Shown piece after piece: positions 7,640-15,643 of a stretch of DNA of 33,091 nt (the stretch's first letter is position 1; every line of letters starts with the position of its first letter). The notes below the pieces were generated by a model that was not told the DNA's origin, did not search any database, and saw only the letters and a program-made list of their open reading frames with translations. Source of the stretch: Patescibacteria group bacterium (GTDB lineage Bacteria; Patescibacteriota; Minisyncoccia; UBA6257; UBA9933); NCBI GenBank assembly GCA_038063335.1, contig JBBTVF010000033.1:1-33091 (forward strand), written 5' to 3'. The position numbers and the translations under genes were made by a program.

Positions 7640-9097
7640 ATGACAGATAAAGTTAAAATTATAAGATACGCGTCGCCGCCTTCGGACTTACCGATTTACG
7701 GACAAGTTGACCCCCAAGAGGTTTGTTTTTTTGGACGCACAAATTATGAATCGGAATTTGAAAGCAAAAGGTATGTTTTTGGCATCAAAAGGAATGATCG
7801 CAGACGTCATTTCTATATTGTTGGGAAATCCGGAGTGGGGAAGTCAAAAATGCTTGAGTTAATGATTAGGCAAGATATTAATTACGGTCATGGATTATGC
7901 TTGATGGACCCGCATGGCGATATTATAGAAGACATTCTTGATTTTATTCCAGAAAACAGAATAAAAGACGTGGTTTTGATTGATCCATCTGACACAAATT
8001 GGCCAGTTTCATTTAATCCTCTGCAAAATGTGGCGCCGGAAATGAAACATCAAGTAACGCAAGGATTGATTGAGGTGATGGAAAAACAATTCGGCGCCAA
8101 TTGGACGCCGCGATTAGAGCACGTTTTTAGATTTACTTGTTTGGCTTTGCTTGATTATCCGGGCGCTACAATGAGGGGAATGATTTTAATACTCACGGAT
8201 AGAAATTATCGTCAGAAAGTTGTGGAACATATTCAAGATGAAATGGTAAAGCGGTTTTGGGCGATTGAATTTGCGGACTGGTCGGAAAAATTTGATACAG
8301 AAGCCATTATTCCTTTAGTTAATAAACTTGGCCAGTTTTTATCCAATCCATTATTGCGTTATATTTTCGGCCAAAAAGAAAATAAAGTTGACCTTGAAAA
8401 AATAATGAATGAGCAGAAAATTCTGCTTATAAATTTATCAAAAGGGAAATTAGGAGAAGAAAATTCCAGTTTTTTCGGCTCAATGTTTGTGACAAAAATT
8501 TATCAGGCCGGTATGGCAAGATCGGCGATTAAAGAAAGAGAAAGAAAAGATTTTTATTTTTATGTTGATGAGTTTTACAATGTGGTAACGGATACTTTTA
8601 TCAATATTCTTACTGAAGCGAGAAAATACGGTTTGGCTTTAATAGTGGCGCATCAGTATCGCGCTCAGCTTCAGCCGCAAATAATGGCGACTTTTTTGGG
8701 TAATGTAGCAACAATGGTAATTTTTCGGCTTGGCGGCGATGACGCGCTTGTTTTTGAAAAAGAAATGACGCCGGTTTTCAAGGCGAAAGATATGATAAAT
8801 CTGGGAATGCAGGAATTTTACATTAAGATGACTATTGACGGCGGCACGGCTGACCCGTTTTCCGCCGAAACTTTGAAAATTTTGCCGCCAACGCATCCGT
8901 CTTATAAAGATAAAATTATTGAATATAATCGTCAGATTTATTGTTCATCAATTGAAGAAGTAAAAAGAAGAATTGCGGAAGAAGAGGGATTGGTTACGAA
9001 GCCGTCTTCCACCGGAAACTCCGATGTTTCAATTTCAAAGGTCGAAAATAAATCTTCCGCGGAAATTTCATTGCCGTCGGAAGAACCAATAGTGTAA
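7640..9097 (+). CDS. TraD/TrwB/VirD4-like P-loop NTPase (coupling-protein-type ATPase) without its own TM segment
   Basis: Walker A GKSGVGKS followed by CLMDPHGD; Walker B FYFYVDEF; ARKYGLALIVAHQY. Layout resembles the T4SS coupling-protein / FtsK-HerA superfamily. Confidence 0.7.
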   Translation: MTDKVKIIRYASPPSDLPIYGQVDPQEVCFFGRTNYESEFESKRYVFGIKRNDRRRHFYIVGKSGVGKSKMLELMIRQDINYGHGLCLMDPHGDIIEDILDFIPENRIKDVVLIDPSDTNWPVSFNPLQNVAPEMKHQVTQGLIEVMEKQFGANWTPRLEHVFRFTCLALLDYPGATMRGMILILTDRNYRQKVVEHIQDEMVKRFWAIEFADWSEKFDTEAIIPLVNKLGQFLSNPLLRYIFGQKENKVDLEKIMNEQKILLINLSKGKLGEENSSFFGSMFVTKIYQAGMARSAIKERERKDFYFYVDEFYNVVTDTFINILTEARKYGLALIVAHQYRAQLQPQIMATFLGNVATMVIFRLGGDDALVFEKEMTPVFKAKDMINLGMQEFYIKMTIDGGTADPFSAETLKILPPTHPSYKDKIIEYNRQIYCSSIEEVKRRIAEEEGLVTKPSSTGNSDVSISKVENKSSAEISLPSEEPIV

Positions 9098-9101
9098 TAA
9101 T

Positions 9102-9410
9102 ATGGTATTTATCCACGTTACATATTCCGATGAAGAAGAAGCAAAAAAAGTAGGCAAGCTTATTCTTGAAAAAGGATTGGCAGGTACGGTTGATTTATTA
9201 AGGGCAAATTCTTTGTATCAGGGAGATGAAGGGTTGGTTAGCCAGCCGGGCATAACTGTTTTAATAAAGACCGTAGAAGCCAAAGTGCAGGAGATTGAAA
9301 ATTTAATTCACGAGCAAAATCATCAAAAAATTCCTCCTTGCATAGCCGTAATTAATATTTTTAGAGTTAATAAGGAATATAAGGAGTGGTTGCAGACGCG
9401 CATTAAATAG
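9102..9410 (+). CDS. cutA: CutA1-like divalent-cation tolerance protein
   Basis: 102 aa. The pattern VTYSDEEEAKKVGKLILEKGLAGTV...SLYQ...VLIKT...V..IE.LI...H matches the CutA fold family as remembered. Confidence 0.6.
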   Translation: MVFIHVTYSDEEEAKKVGKLILEKGLAGTVDLLRANSLYQGDEGLVSQPGITVLIKTVEAKVQEIENLIHEQNHQKIPPCIAVINIFRVNKEYKEWLQTRIK

Positions 9411-9428
9411 AATATCCGAATAATTTTT

Positions 9429-11177
9429 ATGCCCAAAACCCCGCAATTTAATAAGGCACTGGCGGAGATTTTAGATAATATTCAACCCCACAGTAAAACT
9501 TGCAAACAATGCAGCGATAGTTTTGACATCTTTATTGAGGACATTGAGATGTATAAGAAACTGCAAGTGCCTCCGCCGACATTGTGTCCGAATTGCCGGA
9601 TACAGAGAAGATTCGGTTTTTATAATAATATTTTAAAATTTCACAAAAAAGAATGTGCCGCGCATGTTGGTGAAAACGTAATCTCAACCTTTCATCCGGA
9701 AAGCCCGTATAAAATTTTTGATTTAAAGCATTGGTGGTCTGACAAATGGGGAGGGGAAGATTATGGTCGGGATTATGAATTTAATAAACCATTTTTTGAA
9801 CAATTAAAGGAATTGATGCTCAATGTTCCGCAACCGGCAATTACGCATTATTGGAAAAATGTGATAGACAGCCCTTATACGATTTCTATTATTGATTCAA
9901 AAAATTGTTACTATTCTTCGGTTGGCGGATGGTTGGAAAATAGCCATTATATGTATTGGACAGGTCCCGCAAGAGATTCATTGGATTGTTTAAACAGCCA
10001 AGATTTGGAAAATTGTTATGAAAATATTTATAGCGATAAGATGTATAATTGTAAGTTTTGCGAGGATTCAACAGAATGCATTGACAGTATTTTTTTACGT
10101 AGTTGTAAAAATTGCCAGAATTGTTTTGGGTGCGTCAATTTAAGGAATAAGCAACACTGTTTTTTCAACGAACAACTTTCCAAAGAAGATTATTTTCAAA
10201 AAATGGCGGAAATAAATCTATGGAATAGAGACGTTCTAATTGAATATAAAAATAAGTTTAAAGAATTTTTAAAAAATATCATAAGGAGAAATATTCAAAG
10301 CGATAGAAGGAATATAAATTCCATTGGCGATAATTTGGAAAAAGCCAAAAATTGCTTTATGGTTTTTAGAGGAAGCGGGCTTACTAATGGCATTGAAAAT
10401 CTTCGTTATGTTCAAGATGTTTTTGATTGCAAAGATTCGGCGGATATGTATATAGTGGGTCCGAATTTAAGTTTATGTTATGAATTGGTTGAAGCATACG
10501 AAGGCTCTAATATAAAATTTTCTTATTTCATTAAGAATGGTTTAAATGTTGAATATTGTCTTGCTTGCCATAATTGCCAAAATTGTTTCGGCTGTATCGG
10601 TTTGCGCAATAAAAAATTTCATATCTTTAATAAGCCATATTCAGAAGAAGAGTATTGGCAAGTTTTGGATAAAGTTAAAAGTGAAATGTTAAAAGTTGGC
10701 GAATACGGAGAATTTTTTCCATTAACAATGGCTTTGCACGCTTATAACGACACTTACGCTTCTATTGAATTTCCTTTAACAGATGAAGAAATTAAAACGC
10801 GAGAGTGGATATATTTTAATAATGAGGAAGAAGCGGATTTAACTAAAATAGATATAATAAACACTAAGAATGTGCCGATAGATATAAAAGATGTTGATGA
10901 TAGCATTTTACAAAAAGCCATAATTTGCGAAAAAACTGGTAAGCCGTTTAGGATAATCAAAGCCGAACTGGATTTTTACAGAAAGAATAATTTGCCAATT
11001 CCGACTGTTCATCCAAATGAAAGAATCTTGGCGCGTCTTAGGAAAAGAAATCCGTCAAAATTATGGAAAATGAATTGTAAAAAATGCGAAAATGAAATGT
11101 ACACCGCGTATCCGCCGGAAAAACAGAAAGAATACAAAATATTTTGTGAGGATTGTTATTTAAGGGAGGTGGTATAG
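9429..11177 (+). CDS. Cysteine-rich zinc-ribbon repeat protein, paralog 3
   Basis: 582 aa with the same N-terminal and C-terminal ribbons (MYKKLQVPPPTLCPNCRIQRR and LDFYRKNNLPIP) and two C.NC.NCFGC..LRNK..(C/H)(F/I)FN modules. Confidence 0.8.
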   Translation: MPKTPQFNKALAEILDNIQPHSKTCKQCSDSFDIFIEDIEMYKKLQVPPPTLCPNCRIQRRFGFYNNILKFHKKECAAHVGENVISTFHPESPYKIFDLKHWWSDKWGGEDYGRDYEFNKPFFEQLKELMLNVPQPAITHYWKNVIDSPYTISIIDSKNCYYSSVGGWLENSHYMYWTGPARDSLDCLNSQDLENCYENIYSDKMYNCKFCEDSTECIDSIFLRSCKNCQNCFGCVNLRNKQHCFFNEQLSKEDYFQKMAEINLWNRDVLIEYKNKFKEFLKNIIRRNIQSDRRNINSIGDNLEKAKNCFMVFRGSGLTNGIENLRYVQDVFDCKDSADMYIVGPNLSLCYELVEAYEGSNIKFSYFIKNGLNVEYCLACHNCQNCFGCIGLRNKKFHIFNKPYSEEEYWQVLDKVKSEMLKVGEYGEFFPLTMALHAYNDTYASIEFPLTDEEIKTREWIYFNNEEEADLTKIDIINTKNVPIDIKDVDDSILQKAIICEKTGKPFRIIKAELDFYRKNNLPIPTVHPNERILARLRKRNPSKLWKMNCKKCENEMYTAYPPEKQKEYKIFCEDCYLREVV

Positions 11178-11231
11178 AGTAGCCATTAGTGAGTGGAAAA
11201 GGTCGAAATAAAAAAAATAATATAATAAAAT

Positions 11232-11441
11232 ATGAAAAATAAGACGAAAATCAAAACATTTTTTTATATGATTCAAAATCAGGAAAAAAGGGAAAAGGAA
11301 TTGAATGATTTCCTTTCTCAAAATGGAATAGTTGTAGAGCAAATATTGCAGTCTGCCGCAACTGGCTCTGTAAAAATAAAAAACCCCCAATATTTAGATG
11401 CGGGCGTAATTATAACGATAGTGTATCACGAAACTTTATAA
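11232..11441 (+). CDS. Small hypothetical protein
   Basis: 69-aa ORF fills the gap between paralogs 3 and 4, and its stop overlaps the next ATG at 11441. Alternative start at MIQNQ. Only a weak resemblance to small Cse60-like proteins. Confidence 0.4.
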   Translation: MKNKTKIKTFFYMIQNQEKREKELNDFLSQNGIVVEQILQSAATGSVKIKNPQYLDAGVIITIVYHETL

Positions 11442-13225
11442 TGAATTCTGAAACTAAAATTTGTCAAAATTGTAAAAATCAGCTTACTATAGAACCCGAG
11501 GATTTTGAATTTTACGATAAAATTAAAGTTCCGGCGCCGACTTTTTGTCCGGAGTGCAGACTAATACGGCGGATGAATTTTAAAAACGAACGTTCTTTTT
11601 ATAGACGAAAATGTGATTTATGCGCCAAATCAATAATAGCTATTTATCCCCAAAATACTTCTTTTTCAGTTTATTGTCCCGCTTGTTGGTGGTCTGATAA
11701 ATGGGACGCGAAAGATTACGGTTTTATTTATAATTTTTCAAAACCTTTTTTTACTCAATTTAAAGAATTATTAAATAAAGTTCCAAGAATTAGTTTATCA
11801 GTAGATTATTTACGAATGATTAATAGTGAATATTCTAATTATACCGGACCATTAAAAAATTGTTATTTAATAATACAAGCCGAAGGAGATGAAAATTGCC
11901 TTTATTCATCGTCAATATTTAATTCAAAAGATTCTGCTGACTGTTTAAGGGTGGCAGATGTTCAAAATTCTTATGAATTATTTAATTGTGAAAAATGCTA
12001 CAATACATTTTTTTCTAATAATTGTTTTGAATGTATAGATGTTTATTTTTCCAAAGATTTAAAAAATTGTTCAAATTGTTTTGGTTGTTCAAATTTAAGG
12101 CATAAGAATTATCATATTTTTAATAAACAATATTCAAAAGAAGAATATTGTAAATTTATTAAAAATTTTAATTCAGGTTCTTTAAATGAAATTCAAAATT
12201 ATAAAGAAAAATTAAAACAATTTTGGATTCAATTTCCAAATAAATATTTTTCCGGATTGTTTAACAATAATGTTTCTGGAGATTATATAGCCAATAGTAA
12301 AAATGTTTTTTATTCATTTGAAATCGGCGGCGGAGAAAATTTAAAATATTGTTTTCAAGCGCATATGTCTATTAGTAAAGATAGTTATGATTACGGAGAT
12401 TGGGGGAATAACGCGTCTTTAATGTATGAATCAATAAATTGCGGAGAAAATATTAATAATACTAAATTTTCTTTTGGCTCATGGATTGACAGTAATTTAC
12501 AATATTGCGATACGGTTATTTCATCTGATTATATGTTTGGATGTAGTCAAATACGTAAAGGTAAATACTGCATCCTCAACAAACAATACACTAAAGAAGA
12601 ATACGAACAATTAGTCCCCCAAATCATAGAACATATGAATAATATGCCGTATATAGATAAAAAAGGCAGAATATACAAATACGGAGAATTCTTCCCCGCA
12701 GAACTCTCTCCTTTCGCCTATAACGAAACAATCGCCCAAGAATACTTCCCTCTAACCAAAGAACAAGCCATAGAACAAGGATATAGCTGGAAAGAATCGG
12801 AAGAAAGGAATATCCAGATAACCATCAAATCAGAAGATCTTCCCGACTATATCAAAGACGTAGATGATACAATTATAAAAGAAATCATTCAATGCGCTCA
12901 TAAAGGTGAATGTAATGAACAATGCACCACCGCCTTCAAAATCATCCCTCAAGAGCTTGAATTCTACAAAAAGATGAATCTTCCCCTACCCAGACTATGT
13001 CCCAACTGCCGTCATTACCAGAGACTCAAACAAAGAAACCCCTTGAAACTATGGCATAGGAAGTGTATGTGCAATGGAAATAAATCAGAAAACGGCATCT
13101 ATACAAACACTATTGCTCACCAACATGGAGATTCCGCTTGTCCCAATGAGTTTGAAACCACCTATTCCCCAGACAGAAAAGAGATAGTTTATTGCGAGAA
13201 GTGTTATCAGCAGGAGGTTGTGTAA
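11441..13225 (+). CDS. Cysteine-rich zinc-ribbon repeat protein, paralog 4
   Basis: 594 aa, closest to paralog 2. Runs of up to 38 nt are identical with 7327-7549 in the 3' region. Confidence 0.8.
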   Translation: MNSETKICQNCKNQLTIEPEDFEFYDKIKVPAPTFCPECRLIRRMNFKNERSFYRRKCDLCAKSIIAIYPQNTSFSVYCPACWWSDKWDAKDYGFIYNFSKPFFTQFKELLNKVPRISLSVDYLRMINSEYSNYTGPLKNCYLIIQAEGDENCLYSSSIFNSKDSADCLRVADVQNSYELFNCEKCYNTFFSNNCFECIDVYFSKDLKNCSNCFGCSNLRHKNYHIFNKQYSKEEYCKFIKNFNSGSLNEIQNYKEKLKQFWIQFPNKYFSGLFNNNVSGDYIANSKNVFYSFEIGGGENLKYCFQAHMSISKDSYDYGDWGNNASLMYESINCGENINNTKFSFGSWIDSNLQYCDTVISSDYMFGCSQIRKGKYCILNKQYTKEEYEQLVPQIIEHMNNMPYIDKKGRIYKYGEFFPAELSPFAYNETIAQEYFPLTKEQAIEQGYSWKESEERNIQITIKSEDLPDYIKDVDDTIIKEIIQCAHKGECNEQCTTAFKIIPQELEFYKKMNLPLPRLCPNCRHYQRLKQRNPLKLWHRKCMCNGNKSENGIYTNTIAHQHGDSACPNEFETTYSPDRKEIVYCEKCYQQEVV

Positions 13226-13262
13226 GTTTGCAAAAATATTTATGATAAATTATAATAAATAT

Positions 13263-13613
13263 ATGAAAAATTATTATTATATTTCGGCAATAATTAAATA
13301 TCTTACCGGATTGTTGGAAATTGTTTTGGGAGCGAGGGTAATTTTGAAATTTTTGGGCGCCAGTTCAAAGGCGCTGATTGTGGAATTGCTTTATAAAACA
13401 ACCGATTTCATAACGGCTCCGTTTAAATTCATATTCCCGAATGTTTATCTTGATAAGGGAGTAATTGATTTTACAACTCTTTCCGCGATGCTCGGATATT
13501 TGATATTGGTATTGGCGATACTGAAATTTTTAAGGCTTGTTTTAATCAGGCCGTTGGAAGACGACAAACCGAAAATAGATAAAATAAGCAAGCCTCCTTT
13601 TATAAATCGTTAA
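13263..13613 (+). CDS. YggT-family small membrane protein
   Basis: Hydrophobic protein with a YggT-like pattern (LLEIVLGARVILKFLGA...TDFITAPFKFIFP...GVIDFTTLSAMLGYLIL). The tracked ORF starts at 13218, but the ATG at 13263 avoids overlapping paralog 4. Confidence 0.5.
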   Translation: MKNYYYISAIIKYLTGLLEIVLGARVILKFLGASSKALIVELLYKTTDFITAPFKFIFPNVYLDKGVIDFTTLSAMLGYLILVLAILKFLRLVLIRPLEDDKPKIDKISKPPFINR

Positions 13614-15286
13614 GCTCCTTCTATCGCTTTTTTAATGGCTTCTTTTAATTCTTCTATTTGATTTTCGTTTATTGATTTTTTGGCGAATTCTTTTATTGTC
13701 GGTTCTTTTTGTTCCGGCGATTTTTTTATAAAATCAGATTTTTTTAATTCTTCCAGCGAAATTTCTTTTTTTAAAGGCGTTTTAATTTCTTCCGCTTTGA
13801 TTGCCCCTCCGGTTTTTTCAATAAAAGTTTTTCGTCGCGGCGGTTCAAATTCTATGCCGATTTCTCCCAAATGGCCGGCGTGCGTGAATTTTTTAAAACC
13901 TTCTCTTCCAAAAGCCGGCTTAGTTCCTCTAATTTCCCGCCCTTCATTTTTTTCGTCGCTGAATTTTCTTTCTATTATTGGTCTTTCCGTTGCTAATCCG
14001 CTCCATCTGGAAATTTCTTCTTCAACCTCGCGTTTTGGCTTGGAGTACAATTTACGCGACATTTCAATAACCTCTTCATGATTATTGTCGCGCGCCGTTA
14101 CGGCAAGAGGCGGCAGCGTGTTGGCAGAGAATGGTCGGCTGGTAACACCGTCAACCATTAATTTCAAATAAATTTGACGATTGGGCAAATTAACAACATC
14201 TTCAATGGTAAATTCCGGCTCCAGTTCTTTTTCTAAAAAATCAGCGTCCGCGGCGCCGATACGAAAAATTACCATTGTTCCGACGTTGCCGAAAATGGCG
14301 TCTCGCACAACCGTTGAATCTTTAGTCGCCAGCTGGCCGACATATTGGTGCGCGATAATCAAGTTTAACCGGTATTTTCTGGCCTCGGAAAGGATATTGG
14401 CGAACGATTCGGTGACGAAATTCTGAAATTCATCAACATAAAGATAAAAGTCTTTTCTTTCGGATTCCGGAATTCTTACTCTTTCCATCGCCGCCAATTG
14501 GATTTTCGTGATAATCATCGCTCCCAGAAGCGCGGCATTGTCTTCTCCAATTCTTCCTTTTGAAAGATTAACTAAAAAGATTTTTTCGCTGTTCATTATT
14601 TCAGGAATATTGATGGTGCTTTTTGGCTGACCGACTATGTTTCTGACGAGCGAAGTTGAAAGAAATTGTCCGACTTTGTTTTGGATAGGAACGATAGCTT
14701 CATTTCGGAATTGGTCGCGCCATGTTTCGTATTCATTTATCCAGAATGATTTTACCACTGGGTCTTTAATATTGGCGATAATTCGTTGGCGATAATCTTT
14801 ATCAACAAGAATTCTCGGTATGCCTAAAAGCGTGGTGCCGGGCGTATCTATTAAAGCTAGAACACAGTTGCTTAAAATGTACTCCATTCTAGCTGACCAG
14901 ACATTCGCCCAGATTTTGGTGAAAATCGCCATTAAATCCGAAGATACTAAATGTTTGTATTTCAGGTCCGAGACTTCAAGAACATTGAATCCTATCGGGT
15001 GTTCGGCGTCTATCGGATTAAAATAAACAACGTCTTTGAGCCGTTCTTTGGGGATTCTCTTCATAATCGTTTCAACAAACTCGCCGTGCGGGTCTACGAT
15101 ACAAACTCCCCGGCCATTAATAATGTCTTGAAGGGCCACGTTAAAAAGCATGGTGGTTTTACCGGTGCCGGTTTTTCCGATGACGTACATATGCTGGCGG
15201 CGGTCAACGGTTTTGATGCCAAAAGCGCGGTCCTTGTTGCGGAAGTTTGTTTTGGCGAATACGGTGATGTCTTTAATGGTTTCCAT
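13610..15286 (-). CDS. Second TraD/TrwB/VirD4-like P-loop NTPase, paralog of 7640-9097, with a long charged C-terminal tail
   Basis: Walker A GKTGTGKT, CIVDPHGE, Walker B FYLYVDEF, ARKYRLNLIIAHQY. Collinear with the first ATPase over about 430 aa. Confidence 0.7.
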   Translation of the reverse strand: METIKDITVFAKTNFRNKDRAFGIKTVDRRQHMYVIGKTGTGKTTMLFNVALQDIINGRGVCIVDPHGEFVETIMKRIPKERLKDVVYFNPIDAEHPIGFNVLEVSDLKYKHLVSSDLMAIFTKIWANVWSARMEYILSNCVLALIDTPGTTLLGIPRILVDKDYRQRIIANIKDPVVKSFWINEYETWRDQFRNEAIVPIQNKVGQFLSTSLVRNIVGQPKSTINIPEIMNSEKIFLVNLSKGRIGEDNAALLGAMIITKIQLAAMERVRIPESERKDFYLYVDEFQNFVTESFANILSEARKYRLNLIIAHQYVGQLATKDSTVVRDAIFGNVGTMVIFRIGAADADFLEKELEPEFTIEDVVNLPNRQIYLKLMVDGVTSRPFSANTLPPLAVTARDNNHEEVIEMSRKLYSKPKREVEEEISRWSGLATERPIIERKFSDEKNEGREIRGTKPAFGREGFKKFTHAGHLGEIGIEFEPPRRKTFIEKTGGAIKAEEIKTPLKKEISLEELKKSDFIKKSPEQKEPTIKEFAKKSINENQIEELKEAIKKAIEGA

Positions 15287-15304
15287 CCCTCACCCTTCAA
15301 GCAT
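15285..15304. repeat. Left arm of the 20-bp perfect inverted repeat bracketing the GIY-YIG gene
   Basis: ATCCCTCACCCTTCAAGCAT is the exact reverse complement of 15559-15578. Confidence 0.9.
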
Positions 15305-15556
15305 TAAAGAATTGTAGAGGCGGCTCTTCAAAGAAGAGAAGCCTTTGGCAAATTGCTTTAATCTTTTTTCTCTTATTAACGCGTCCTCTTTTGATTTATA
15401 TGATTCAAAATATATTAGTTCCATAGGTCTTATATTTTTTGTAGATTGTACCATGCCTTGATTATGTTTTTCCATTCTTTCTTTAAGATTTTCGGCAAAA
15501 CCGATATAAAAACTATTATCTTTTTTTGACCTTAATAAATAAACATGGAAAAACAT
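15290..15556 (-). CDS. Stand-alone GIY-YIG nuclease-domain protein
   Basis: 88 aa. VYLLRSKKDNSFYIGFAENLKERMEKHN...ALIREKRLK is the GIY-YIG / UPF0213-type motif set. Confidence 0.8.
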   Translation of the reverse strand: MFFHVYLLRSKKDNSFYIGFAENLKERMEKHNQGMVQSTKNIRPMELIYFESYKSKEDALIREKRLKQFAKGFSSLKSRLYNSLMLEG

Positions 15557-15558
15557 AG

Positions 15559-15578
15559 ATGCTTGAAGGGTGAGGGAT
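15559..15578. repeat. Right arm of the 20-bp inverted repeat bracketing the GIY-YIG gene
   Basis: ATGCTTGAAGGGTGAGGGAT is the reverse complement of 15285-15304. Confidence 0.9.
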
Positions 15579-15643
15579 TATTTTAATTGCGTTTATTCTT
15601 AAATATTATATAATAATTTAATTAAAAATGGAAATAATCGCTT

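Noticed and set aside
11232-11441. Assigning the 69-aa ORF to the Cse60/DUF2758 family.
   Set aside because: The resemblance (FL...I...ILYxx-type ending) is weak and recalled from memory only. It is kept as a hypothetical protein.
13218-13262. Upstream start (13218) for the YggT-like ORF, overlapping the end of Cys-rich paralog 4.
   Set aside because: The extra 15 residues (MCKFAKIFMINYNKY) are not hydrophobic or YggT-like and overlap the preceding gene. The ATG at 13263 is more plausible, though this is not proven.
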